Shown: piece by piece, positions 33,047 through 42,858 of the stretch
Numbering within the stretch: position 1 is the stretch's first letter
Layout: every line of letters begins with the position of its first letter
Assembly (NCBI GenBank): GCA_043825735.1
Contig: JBDRRP010000069.1
Coordinates: 1-64,000, forward strand
Origin: Pseudomonadota bacterium
Lineage (GTDB): Bacteria > Desulfobacterota > Desulfobacteria > Desulfobacterales > JBDRRP01
Reading direction: 5' to 3'
Length of the DNA: 64,000 nt
The notes under the pieces: generated by a model
Seen by the model: the letters and a program-made list of their open reading frames with translations, nothing else
Database searches by the model: none
What the model was told of the DNA's origin: nothing
Program-made: the position numbers and the translations under genes

Positions 33047-34079
33047 CTGGTGCGTCCTTAATCAAAGGTGCGGATCTCTGGGTGCCCGGGTGGGCAGGGC
33101 GACCATCTTGCGAAAGGGAACTATACCCGATTTTGGGACCTTGCTCAAAGAGTTCTTGGCGCGGTGGCTGCATCCGAAGGACCCACCCCCCATAAAACGC
33201 CAAACGACGATCACCACCAGACGATAGGCTTACCAGCCGCAGCCGATAAATTTGGCGATTTTCAAAAAAGGACACCATCATAACGCCGGCAGGCGTGCAA
33301 AACTTATCCGGTGGGAGAGCCGATTCGGCCGGCGCCAAAGAAAGGCGCCCAGACCGCCTGTAGTCGCGCAGGCTGCGCTATTGTTTTAGCAACAACACAA
33401 TGCTTGCACAAGAAATGAGGGCGATACGGAGCGTTTGGCGGGCTCTCTGAATTGACCGTATTGGGAATGCAGATTTACGGTCTCGGCCGCTGGCGACAAA
33501 GCAATCGATTTTTCTGCGAAAGGTGTAAAAATGGGTTGCAGGCTGTAACTTTTGGCCGGCCCGAGGTTCTATCAGGTTACACTCATCGAGTTTGCTGAGT
33601 CCCCTAACCAGCAACTCACTCCCTCCTAATCGAGCCACCACTGCCCCTGGTGGCTCGACCTCTTTGGTGACGTTCACATGACTTGTGCAGGTGATGATTC
33701 TTGCGCCGGCCCGAAATTCAAATCGGCGCCGCCATCATAATCTGTCTCAGCCTGGCTCGACCGGCGTCCTGCTCCTGGGGTGATCGGCGCGACCGTGTGC
33801 CATGTCCGAGCCAGGTCTTTCTCAGGAACGGTGGCCTGTGGTGAGACGAGACTTTCACAAAGATTGAACTTAAGACTGGCTGGAAGACCGGTTTTCTGGC
33901 TGATGGGAACCCTGCCTGAAAGACCGAGACTTTCACAAGAAAATGGATTTGGTCCGCAGGTTAGGAAACCGGTCTATCAGTCTTGTTTCAGTTTCCCGTA
34001 GTCTCAAGAAGATGGTCTTTCAGATCATCTTCTTAAGAGATCATCTACTTAAAGACTTCATCTACTTATATGTCCCAAA

Positions 34080-34180
34080 TTTTGCCCACTTTGGTGTCGA
34101 AAGTGGTTATTTTTTGCCCACTTTTAAGTGGTAAGTGGGCAGATTTTGACCACTTCAAACCGGTCATTTTTTGCCCCCTT
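34080..34180. repeat. Iteron-like repeats, putative replication origin
   Basis: TTTTG(C/A)CC(A/C)CTT at 34080, 34112, 34144 and 34169, plus inverted copies. Confidence 0.6.
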
Positions 34181-35252
34181 CAGGTTCAAAGAAAACGGTA
34201 TCTCGAAAATAGGTCTCCACCCGCTTACCATTTTTCATCTCCCATGTCCCAAGAATGAATACCGTTTGCCCTTGCGTTTTTCCTTTCGGAACCATTGGTT
34301 CAGTTTCCACGATGCCATTTTCAACAAACGACTGAATGATTTTGTAGACGGTATTCTTGTGCATCCCGCAGGCCTTGGCTATTTGCCTGTAGGTGGAACA
34401 ATATGCGAGAAACCCGTTATCGAAATAGCGTTCCTTGATCGGATATTCCTCGGTGTCTTTCCATTGATCCCTGACGACATTCACCCAGAGCCATTCGTAG
34501 ACAATGCCTGGGCCTTTGAAAATCTCCCGGTATGATACATTTCTGACGAGACCGCGTTCGGTTTTCAGAAAATAATCATCGCCGTTTTGGCGTTTTCGCT
34601 TTTGAACGGTTACCTTGGCTGCACGTTTCTCTGGCGTCGGTGATTCGGATTTCTGCGGCAGTGGTTTTGCTGGACTATCATGCTGAGGGACTTTCTGGGG
34701 CTTTGGCTGCGGTTTCCATGGCGCCGGCTTCCTGCCAGCACGCATGTCTCGCATCAGTTGCCAGAGTTCTTTGGTAATTTGATTTGGCTTTCGGTCTTCA
34801 CACTTGTGGTCCCGACTGTATCTGAGTTCCTCGTCGATTCGCGACAATAGTTTCGAACCATAAAAATCAGATACGGCCTGCCTGTTGGATATCTCGCCGG
34901 TTCCGTAATCATAAATCTCAAGTTGCGTATTTATTTCGCGAATGGTTTCGAGAGCCTCTTCCATGGTCGGCTCTTTGAAACTCTTTTGGTTATCCAACCA
35001 GTCAATCCATCCGAACCATACTTCATCAGAAATTTCCTCTTCCTTGGGTCCTATACACTTTTGCAGTGTGTCAGGACCGATGGGCGTTTCTTTGATAAGA
35101 TTTCCGCGTCGGTCAAAATGCACCAGGCTGAAATCGTCTTTATATTTACGGACCTCGGGGTCCGGTGATCTCGAAATTTCATCATATCTCTCACATGAAA
35201 CAATCGCTCCATTGCTTCGCCTTACTCCCAATTCTTGATATTCGGCTTCCAT
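34164..35252 (-). CDS. Replication-initiator-like protein with C-terminal winged HTH
   Basis: STYRQIAKACGMHKNTVYKIIQSFVENGIVE HTH; GGAGG RBS; adjacent iterons. Confidence 0.6.
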   Translation of the reverse strand: MEAEYQELGVRRSNGAIVSCERYDEISRSPDPEVRKYKDDFSLVHFDRRGNLIKETPIGPDTLQKCIGPKEEEISDEVWFGWIDWLDNQKSFKEPTMEEALETIREINTQLEIYDYGTGEISNRQAVSDFYGSKLLSRIDEELRYSRDHKCEDRKPNQITKELWQLMRDMRAGRKPAPWKPQPKPQKVPQHDSPAKPLPQKSESPTPEKRAAKVTVQKRKRQNGDDYFLKTERGLVRNVSYREIFKGPGIVYEWLWVNVVRDQWKDTEEYPIKERYFDNGFLAYCSTYRQIAKACGMHKNTVYKIIQSFVENGIVETEPMVPKGKTQGQTVFILGTWEMKNGKRVETYFRDTVFFEPEGGKK

Positions 35253-35364
35253 AGCCTCCCCTTTTTGCCTCTCGCTTATGAAATTGGGTGTGGGTGGAGG
35301 GTGGAGAGGCACCCCGTTCGGGCTGGTTCATGAGGCCGGTCCTAACCCACACCCATTCAATCAT

Positions 35365-35604
35365 TTACCGCGACGGGCGCGGATAGCGTGGACCCTTGGT
35401 GGGTTCCATTTCACTCATCGGAATGCCGTCGGGCACCCCTGTGTTTCGGTTCAACTGGGCTCTGATGTGTTCCTTGAGCTGGTAAAGGTTGAAAGTCAGA
35501 AGACTGACTTCGCAGTTTTCCAAGCGCTCGTTGAACATCGTGCAGCCGGTAAGCAAGCACTGCTGGTTGATCAGCGGGCAGATTTTTCCGGTGAGATTAT
35601 GCAT
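35365..35604 (-). CDS. Small Cys-rich hypothetical protein
   Basis: ICPL...CLLTGC...C; overlaps the stop of the MerR gene. Confidence 0.6.
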   Translation of the reverse strand: MHNLTGKICPLINQQCLLTGCTMFNERLENCEVSLLTFNLYQLKEHIRAQLNRNTGVPDGIPMSEMEPTKGPRYPRPSR

Positions 35605-35869
35605 AGCGTTTCACCCCCTTACCCGTGGATTTGATGGCGCCGGCTTTTTCGGCGGCGGCGGAAAGGGTGAAACCTTCGTCGAGATAATTCTTGATACTGC
35701 GGATGATCTCCACCTGCTCCTGACTGAACCTTCGATAGGCCCGATCACCGGACACCACTCGGTCTGCCTCAGGGATATAACCCCGAGCTTCCCAGTTGCG
35801 GATTTGTTTTTGGGACGCGCCGGATAGTTTGGACGTGTCGCCGATGCTGTAAGTTCTGTTTTCGTTCAT
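35597..35869 (-). CDS. MerR-family HTH protein
   Basis: YSIGDTSKLSGASQKQIRNWE..G.I...YRRFS. Confidence 0.88.
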   Translation of the reverse strand: MNENRTYSIGDTSKLSGASQKQIRNWEARGYIPEADRVVSGDRAYRRFSQEQVEIIRSIKNYLDEGFTLSAAAEKAGAIKSTGKGVKRYA

Positions 35870-36322
35870 AGGAATAATCCTCCTGCTTCAGTAATTTTAG
35901 GGCTGTGAAAAATCGTGCCCTCCTACCGTTACGGAGGTTAGTTTATCCCAAGGGAGAGCAGATGTTTGGCTAAGAGAAGATCAATGCCTTTGGGCGTGGA
36001 CCATATTGCGCGCGTACCATGAGCCTACGTCAAAAATAGGAACAGAAACTGTAAACTTGACAAATTGTAACCATTTTTGTACCAACTACTACTCGGATAA
36101 ACCTTCTTCAGCGCCTTAGGGAAAACTCCATTTGCCCTTTTCCGTCATTTTTATAAAGGCCTGAATCCAGTTATTCGAAACACTTCTAAACTCCTGCCTA
36201 ACTCTGACATGGCGGATGGAGGATTTTTAGGGATATGAAATTTTAAGGCGTTTATAGTAATCCGCATATAGTATTATCCTCTTTCTAAAATATCACTTTA
36301 TCACTTATGAGTGTGTTCTCTT

Positions 36323-37129
36323 ATGGAGATTCTGGTGGTTGACTTGGACGGCACTATCTTGCAACACGGGCAACGAGTTGTCAGTCCGGAGATTAGTGCT
36401 ATATTTTCGATTCTTCAAAATAGAAAGCAGTTAATAGTAAATTCAGCACGCCATCCTGAAGCCATAAGAACGGCCTTGGGACCTAAAGTAAATTTTGCAT
36501 CTTCGATAGCATTAAACGGTGCAGTTCTATTTTGCGACAATTGGAATTCCCCTTATGTTCTGAATGGCTTCAAGCCTAAAGAAGTCAGCTCAATAATTCG
36601 ATATGCTAAGGAGACCTTAGTATCTCTATGTGTATTTACATTGGATAGTTGGTACGTTTCTCAATTTGACAATTTTATAATGGAAGAGTCAGTTATTACA
36701 GGCATGACTCCAATCTCAATAGATCTACTTAACACTCAGGAGTTTGATTGTTACAAAATTACAGCTATATCCGAAAACGAGAAATTAGATCTATTTAAAT
36801 GTAAATTGGAGGCATTTCCAAATATAATTTCCGATCTTTCAAAATCTAATTATCTTGAGATCTCCCCACGAGGAATCGATAAGTCTACTCTTATACCTAA
36901 ATTTATTTCATCAATAGGGGAAAAAAGAAACTCTGTGAAAATTCATTTCTGGGGGGACTCATATAACGATATCCCATGCGCACTTTATGCTGATTATGTA
37001 TACTCATATAGTCATTCCCCAGAAGAGCTCAAGGAATTATCGAATAAGATCTTTAACATCAACAACGGCGTAGATATTTTGAAATTTCTTAAGGAAATAT
37101 TAAGCAGCTGGACGATTAGACCCTTGTAG
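36323..37129 (+). CDS. Cof-type HAD phosphatase
   Basis: VDLDGT, NSAR, LNGA, LEI...DKS, GDSYND; AT-rich. Confidence 0.88.
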   Translation: MEILVVDLDGTILQHGQRVVSPEISAIFSILQNRKQLIVNSARHPEAIRTALGPKVNFASSIALNGAVLFCDNWNSPYVLNGFKPKEVSSIIRYAKETLVSLCVFTLDSWYVSQFDNFIMEESVITGMTPISIDLLNTQEFDCYKITAISENEKLDLFKCKLEAFPNIISDLSKSNYLEISPRGIDKSTLIPKFISSIGEKRNSVKIHFWGDSYNDIPCALYADYVYSYSHSPEELKELSNKIFNINNGVDILKFLKEILSSWTIRPL

Positions 37130-37167
37130 CCGAGTAGCATATGCTAATATTTTGTTAAAAACAAAAA

Positions 37168-37417
37168 TTGAAAAACTCGTAAAAAAGTAATTTTCTAGCA
37201 AAAGCGCCAGGTACGCCAAAAAAATACTCTTCACATCAATGCGTTCGCTTTTCGATTGTTACGACTTTTCGAGAGATTCCAACTTTTTACAAGACCATCA
37301 AAATTGATGAATCCGTAAAAAGACGAAATTTCTGATTTTGTGATTCGTAACCTATTGAAATAATTATGTCCGAAATTTTTAAAAGTGCATTTTTCGGACT
37401 TTTTACGAGACTGTCAA
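37168..37417. repeat. Two tandem MITE-like elements (37168-37301, 37304-37417)
   Basis: TTGA..(C/T)CGTAAAAA...CTTTTTAC.AGAC..TCAA termini, similar to the element at 20440. Confidence 0.6.
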
Positions 37418-37659
37418 AATTAAAAGATGAAAAAATACCTAAAATGATTTCGATAATCATTAGAAAATCCTAAACTTGGTTTCGAAATAGCAAAAAATGG
37501 TATTAGTTCTGTATAAGAATTTTTGTTGTTGATAGGGTGAACAGCCCATATCGCTGAGAGATACTTCCCCGTCTGCTTAGGCAGACATTTTTAAAGCAGA
37601 ATAGCTCGAAAGGCATTTTTCCCCAGATTAAATGATAAGCGACTCCATTTACCCCATAG

Positions 37660-39054
37660 TTAGTTGCGGGGGATATCGAACAAAGCAGCAAAAGACAAAA
37701 CCCACCGGTTTGGCAATCTGTATGGACTGCTGGACGAGAATTTTCTCAAGTGGAGCTTCTGGCAATTCAAGAAAGATGCCGTCCACAGGGTCGATCGGGT
37801 GAACTTTTTCGAGTACCAGGAGAATCTCGACGAAAACATCTCGGACCTTGTCGAACGTCTGAAACAGAAGCGCTATCGAGGCATGCTGGTCAGGAGGCAG
37901 TACATTCCCAAAAGAAATGGAAAATTGAGACCGCTGGGAATTCCCGCCACGAGTGACAAGGTACTGCAATTTGCAGTGGCCAAGATTTTGGAAGCCATTT
38001 ACGAAGAGGATTTTCTATATGTAAGCTACGGATACAGGCCGGAGACAGGTAGCAGGACGCTGTCCGGGACCCGACCCGAAAGCTGCAGTTAGGGAAATGT
38101 TCTTTCATAGTAAAGGCCGATATCAAAGCCTTCTTCGACAACATCGATCATAGTTGGATGATCCGTATGCTTGAAGAACGCCTTGATGATGGGGCGTTTC
38201 TGCGATTGATTCAAAAGTGGATGAAGGCGGGTATTTTGTATATCAGTGGCGATGTGACCCACCTGGCAACGGGAACGCCTCAAGGGGGTGTTGTATCACC
38301 GGTTTTGGCGAACGTATATCTTCATTACACATTGGATTTATAGTTCGAGAAAAGAATCCAACGGGTGTGTAATGGAGAAGCACTGATCATCCGATATGCG
38401 GATGATTTTGTATGTGCTTTTCAGTACCAACAGGATCCGGAGCTGTTTTATCAGCAGTTCAACGAACGTCTGGGTAAATTTGGATTGGAGGTCTCTCCTG
38501 AAAAGACGAGGATTTTGCCGTTCAGCAGGAGAACGCTGAATCTGAGCGGAACATTCGACTCTTTAGGATTTCAATTTCGCCGTTCACTCAGCCGAAATTT
38601 GAAACCAATTACCGTAATGCGAACATCGCGGAAGAAACACAGGGCCTCAATCGCCGCATTTACGGAATGGATCAAAACGAAACGCAACCGGAAGATTTCC
38701 GAACTGATGACAACCCTAAAGTCGAAGTGCCGTGGGTACTGGGACTAAAATGGTGTTATCGGTAATTACGGCAGTTTGAAGGCATTCTATTGCCAGACGG
38801 AACGCATACTGTTTAAATAGCATAAGCGGCGCAGCCAAAGATTAAGCTACAACTGGTCCGGATTCCAGGATCTCCTGAAGCAGTTTTTGATGCCGGCACC
38901 GAGTATAACTGAAAAATACCCGAGCAGGCAGCTGAAACTCTTTGTCTAACGCGTGTCAGTGCATAAGTGAGCAGATTCAAAGAGCCCGGTGCGGCAATAC
39001 CGCACGCCGGGATCTGCGAGGGGGCGGTTGTGTAACTGGCCTTTCTATCTTGAT
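37660..39054 (+). pseudogene. Degenerate, 5'-truncated group II intron with broken RT/maturase
   Basis: RPLGIPA, ADIKAFFD, GTPQGG, RYADD split by a frameshift and stops. A domain V/VI-like sequence GAGCCCGGTGCG...CGCACGCCGGGATCTG...TGAT lies at 38982-39054. Confidence 0.9.
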
Positions 39055-39169
39055 TCTTCATCTCCAACCAGGCATCTACTACTTGAACAGCTGGATAGGC
39101 ATGTTTATCGCTGGTATGTGCCTGTGAAGGTGGCGGCCGGCCATTCGTGTATTATGCTTGTTGAATTCG

Positions 39170-39799
39170 CTAATCTTTATAGTAAGCGCTAATCCAGTAA
39201 AGCTCTCGACTTTTGCTTTTTGATATGTTGACATCAAGTTTTTTTAGCCCAATTCCTGAAAGTATCGTTTCGACATCCTTAACCGAAAGATAAGTTACTT
39301 CCCTCTCCTCACCTGAGGACATCATGTCTTTACTTTTTTCTATGCCTTCTCCCATTTTGGTTCGGACATAGAGTATCCCCCCGGGCTTCAGAACTCTTTT
39401 CATTTCTTGCAAAGCAACTAGCATGTCTGAACGATCCATCTCGTGTATCAGACCGTGAGCCCATACACCGTCGAAATCAGCATCCGGCAGAGGCAACAGT
39501 CTAGCGTCAGCATTTATGAATTCAATCTCCGGTTGTTTCTCTCTGGCTATTTCGATAAGGCCTGCCGAAAGATCTACACCTACGATTGACGCTCCAAGAT
39601 CACGAAAGCTCACACAGTCCCGACCTGCGGAACATCCCACATCTAAAATTTTTGGCATAACTGGCAGGTATTCAATGAATTTCTGAATGTCATCCGGTGA
39701 ACCGGAATTTGCAGTCTTTTCTGCATATTTTTCTGCAATTTTGTCATACTTCTCGACAGCACGGCGGGTCCTATCGTCAAGATTGTCGTAAATGTTCAT
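39170..39799 (-). CDS. Class I SAM-dependent methyltransferase
   Basis: ILDVGCSAG, GVDLS, ADARLLP..FDGV, RVLKPGG. Confidence 0.92.
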   Translation of the reverse strand: MNIYDNLDDRTRRAVEKYDKIAEKYAEKTANSGSPDDIQKFIEYLPVMPKILDVGCSAGRDCVSFRDLGASIVGVDLSAGLIEIAREKQPEIEFINADARLLPLPDADFDGVWAHGLIHEMDRSDMLVALQEMKRVLKPGGILYVRTKMGEGIEKSKDMMSSGEEREVTYLSVKDVETILSGIGLKKLDVNISKSKSRELYWISAYYKD

Positions 39800-39815
39800 A
39801 ATGGGCTCCTTTCAT

Positions 39816-40985
39816 TTAATTTTCGGTTGTCCAATCCACTGGCGTCATGCTCAGTTGCCAAGGCCACGGCGCATGACTTGTTTTAAACTGAACTAGTAAT
39901 GAGTAAAGGCCACCGAGGAAATCTGCTTTTGACGAGTTTAAACGTAGTCGCTCGAGTGCCTCTAAAGCAACAAGGAGGAGATGTTCTACAGTTTCGTGGA
40001 AATACCGCGTAGCGAAGATTGTAGGCCTTTCACATTTGTAAAAAAGCCGTCTTGTACCATCACGGAGGCAGCGAAGTAGTATCGCATAGTTAAGCGCCTC
40101 CTCGCCAACTCCCAATTGTCGTTCCATGAACCGTTGTGCTATCTCATATGTAGTTCCCACTACTTCAAGAGTAAAGAGATGAAGAAAATCATCTTGTTTG
40201 GTTGTCAAAGAATGTGCAGACTCGAAATCGATGCTATAAATGCAATTCTCTAATTTTTCTGAGTTGGACAAACTATCCAGCAGCGCAAGTCCCGCGCCTG
40301 TGTCGGTCCATTGCCAATTCGTCGGGCGCAGATAGTCTCCAACTGATTCTGCGATGTCGCAGTAATCACACACGCCACCATCGGAAGTCGGCACTTGAAT
40401 GATAAAGTTCTTCAAGGTAGCATCTCTGAACGCAACTTGGACTCGTTGGGACAAGAAGTCGGCAATATGATCTACTTCGTCTAATAAGCCTCCGCTGGGT
40501 TGAACATTCGACCACAACTGAAGATAGTTGGTAGCCTCAATTAGTTTTCCCTTGAAATCGTAATCTTCGAGAGAATTCCCTTCTGTACTTCTCAGCGCAT
40601 TCTGCACTCTTTCACTTTGAAACTGCATAACCATTCGTATCGCGGCCCCAATTAAGTCATGTTTCGTCAAATAGGCTTTAGAGACCGTTCTTTTGTCTGG
40701 GTGGACGCGAATGATATGATTCAAAAGCGCTAACAGATCGTATACCCGGATTCCCGGCACGTACTCCATACACACGGTGTATTCGCTCGATTCTTCAAGA
40801 AATAATTTAGGAACATTGAATGCTATCGGGCTTTCAGGTGAACCTTTTTGAGATAACACACCAAGACATGCTTTCTCAGATCTGGCTTCCAAGCAAGACG
40901 TGACACATTTAAGGACAGTCCCTTTTGTCTTGTCGTACAAAATAGAATTCAATTTTTCCAACATTGTCGGAACCCCTTTGATCAA
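39816..40985 (-). CDS. Protein-kinase-like (APH/choline/MTR kinase fold) phosphotransferase
   Basis: VLK...E, VPKL, MEYVPG, FRDATLKN catalytic loop, IDFE. Confidence 0.65.
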   Translation of the reverse strand: MIKGVPTMLEKLNSILYDKTKGTVLKCVTSCLEARSEKACLGVLSQKGSPESPIAFNVPKLFLEESSEYTVCMEYVPGIRVYDLLALLNHIIRVHPDKRTVSKAYLTKHDLIGAAIRMVMQFQSERVQNALRSTEGNSLEDYDFKGKLIEATNYLQLWSNVQPSGGLLDEVDHIADFLSQRVQVAFRDATLKNFIIQVPTSDGGVCDYCDIAESVGDYLRPTNWQWTDTGAGLALLDSLSNSEKLENCIYSIDFESAHSLTTKQDDFLHLFTLEVVGTTYEIAQRFMERQLGVGEEALNYAILLRCLRDGTRRLFYKCERPTIFATRYFHETVEHLLLVALEALERLRLNSSKADFLGGLYSLLVQFKTSHAPWPWQLSMTPVDWTTEN

Positions 40986-40997
40986 ATATTTTTAAGA

Positions 40998-42806
40998 TCA
41001 TATATGCTTCGCACGGGTGCGGCCTTTTCTCTTTGGACGACACAGAATAAAACGTTTTTCGGTTATAAGGTGGAAAGACGCTTTTTCTGACGAGACCGTG
41101 TCCCAACCCGGATTTAAATATGTGATTCCGCGTGACCTCATACAATCGCGAAGCGCAGGAGTAGTGTCCGCCAGCGGTATCCCTTGGTCTTTCTTAAAAT
41201 CTTCAACCTGGTCTAAGCAGGTGTCTGAAGCGATTGAGGCAATTTTAGATTCCTCTGCAAGGACATAGGTCGGTATGTCATAAGCCTCTGCGAGTTGTAC
41301 AATCGTTAGCGTGCCCGTCGTATTGGTAAACATGATACGTCCATCGGGCCACTCAAAAATCGCATGAGCACCAATTAGAACCTTTGAGACACCTCCACGA
41401 TCCATCAGATATGCGACAGAGGCATCTGGTATAATCTGTATGCAAAGACCAAATTTGCACACCTTATCTGACAGAGAAAGGGCATCATGCAATGGGGATG
41501 GCGATTTATGCCGTCTTTCGCAGACGATTAGCTCGATATTATTTCTCTCTGGATGAGCTTGAAGAAAACGGCCAATCGCATCAACTACTCTGGTGCTTTG
41601 TGAGTAGATCAGCAATCGATCTCCGGGTTCGATTAAAGTAGCACCACGATTTGCAATCTCTATTTTGATGGCCTCTCTTTCAGATAGTAGGACAGTTGCC
41701 TTTTCTCTGATCTCAAAAGTAGAGCGAGAAGACGACTTGAACCAGGACGGAAATACCTCTTCCTCAAGGTGTTTTAGCACTTGATAGTTTGGTCGGTGAC
41801 TGACTAGAGTTCGTAGGGCGCTTCCCAGGGTATTCTCAATGTTTTCGAGTGTAACATCCGTGTCCAGAAAGCGGACGATCTGTCGCAGAATTCCATCAAC
41901 TACCCTGCTTTCTGTGGGTAGGCTACCTGCGCCTATTAATTCGCGTAGAAACGGTGTAGAGTTCCATTCACTGATACTGCCAAGTCCCCGCAGCGCAGTC
42001 GCGCTCTCGAGAAAGAGTCGGTTGTTGATTGTTCTGAGATAGTCAGTTGCGTCCGATTCAATGATGTGTAGGTCTTGACTGCCCCAGTACGCTTTCGCAC
42101 TTGGGGAGGGCGCGAGTTGGACCGCAAAGGATTTTGGCATGAATTCCGATAGTTCCCTCTTGAGTCTTCTGTGCAACGTTTTGAAATCAGGATCATCGAG
42201 ACTATAGCCAAGGAAGAGTACAGTTCCTTGCGCGCATAGTACGCGGAGAAGGCTTGAGACAACCGGTCTTTTTGTGAAGATATCTTCGTAATCATTAAGA
42301 GTGGCCACAATTGTATCAGGACGATTGATTGTGCCGTGGAACTTCACCACCGGAACGCTTGATGGCCTGAAGATAGGTATGTCGCTGTCTTGTACAATTA
42401 CATGGAAGTCCACATGGGATTTCTGTAAGGCTTCTTCTATGTAAAGATCCCAATTGGTCGTAATTATCGCCGATAATGGAAGCTTTGCGATCTCTATGTG
42501 AGCTGGAAGCGGGTTTGTTGCGGTGGTCGGAATGTGTTCGCCTATGAAGTCAAGAAGCCCACGTCGGCCTTCATGAGTGAACTTCATGGTTAGTGCTTCA
42601 ACTAACGAACTTTCGTCCGTGACATAAGTACGGGAGTTCCGTAAATGGGCGAGCAACTGCCCACCCGTCGGAAGACCGTGGAACGTCTTTCCGGATGTAT
42701 CCGTGTAAGTAGTAGAAATCCCGCTACCAAGAAAAAGAACGCATCGTCCTTGAAGAAGTTGCTCGCAGATCGTACTCACCGCATCTGAGGGATCTATCTC
42801 CGACAT
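40998..42806 (-). CDS. SIR2-like NADase domain fused to IF-2B (eIF2B/MtnA/R15P-isomerase) family domain
   Basis: SIR2: FLGSGIS, ITTNWD, KFHG, FLGYSLDDPD. IF-2B: HRPN, GATLIEPGD, IPDASVAYLM, VLIGAHAI, NTTGT, NPGWD, LITE. Confidence 0.85.
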   Translation of the reverse strand: MSEIDPSDAVSTICEQLLQGRCVLFLGSGISTTYTDTSGKTFHGLPTGGQLLAHLRNSRTYVTDESSLVEALTMKFTHEGRRGLLDFIGEHIPTTATNPLPAHIEIAKLPLSAIITTNWDLYIEEALQKSHVDFHVIVQDSDIPIFRPSSVPVVKFHGTINRPDTIVATLNDYEDIFTKRPVVSSLLRVLCAQGTVLFLGYSLDDPDFKTLHRRLKRELSEFMPKSFAVQLAPSPSAKAYWGSQDLHIIESDATDYLRTINNRLFLESATALRGLGSISEWNSTPFLRELIGAGSLPTESRVVDGILRQIVRFLDTDVTLENIENTLGSALRTLVSHRPNYQVLKHLEEEVFPSWFKSSSRSTFEIREKATVLLSEREAIKIEIANRGATLIEPGDRLLIYSQSTRVVDAIGRFLQAHPERNNIELIVCERRHKSPSPLHDALSLSDKVCKFGLCIQIIPDASVAYLMDRGGVSKVLIGAHAIFEWPDGRIMFTNTTGTLTIVQLAEAYDIPTYVLAEESKIASIASDTCLDQVEDFKKDQGIPLADTTPALRDCMRSRGITYLNPGWDTVSSEKASFHLITEKRFILCRPKRKGRTRAKHI

Positions 42807-42858
42807 AACCTTGACTCTCCGGCCAATTCAAACGAGAGGCTCATAAGTATATCATCAT

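Noticed and set aside
33290..33415. Possible oriT (hairpins plus ACACAATGCTTGC); also AAGTGCGC near 61402
   Set aside because: Only a loose resemblance to nic sites, and no relaxase in the window.
33840..34180. CRISPR array
   Set aside because: Repeats are about 12 bp, degenerate and partly inverted; they fit iterons better.
37660..38820. RT as a DGR, retron or defence RT acting on the FGE/DUF1566 genes
   Set aside because: It has group II intron motifs with a downstream domain V and is pseudogenised. I saw no TR/VR repeat pair.
40998..42806. Thoeris ThsA or Kongming
   Set aside because: No SLOG/Macro domain in the protein, no TIR partner, and no HAM1 or deaminase partner. The SLOG gene at 47630 belongs to the backbone.
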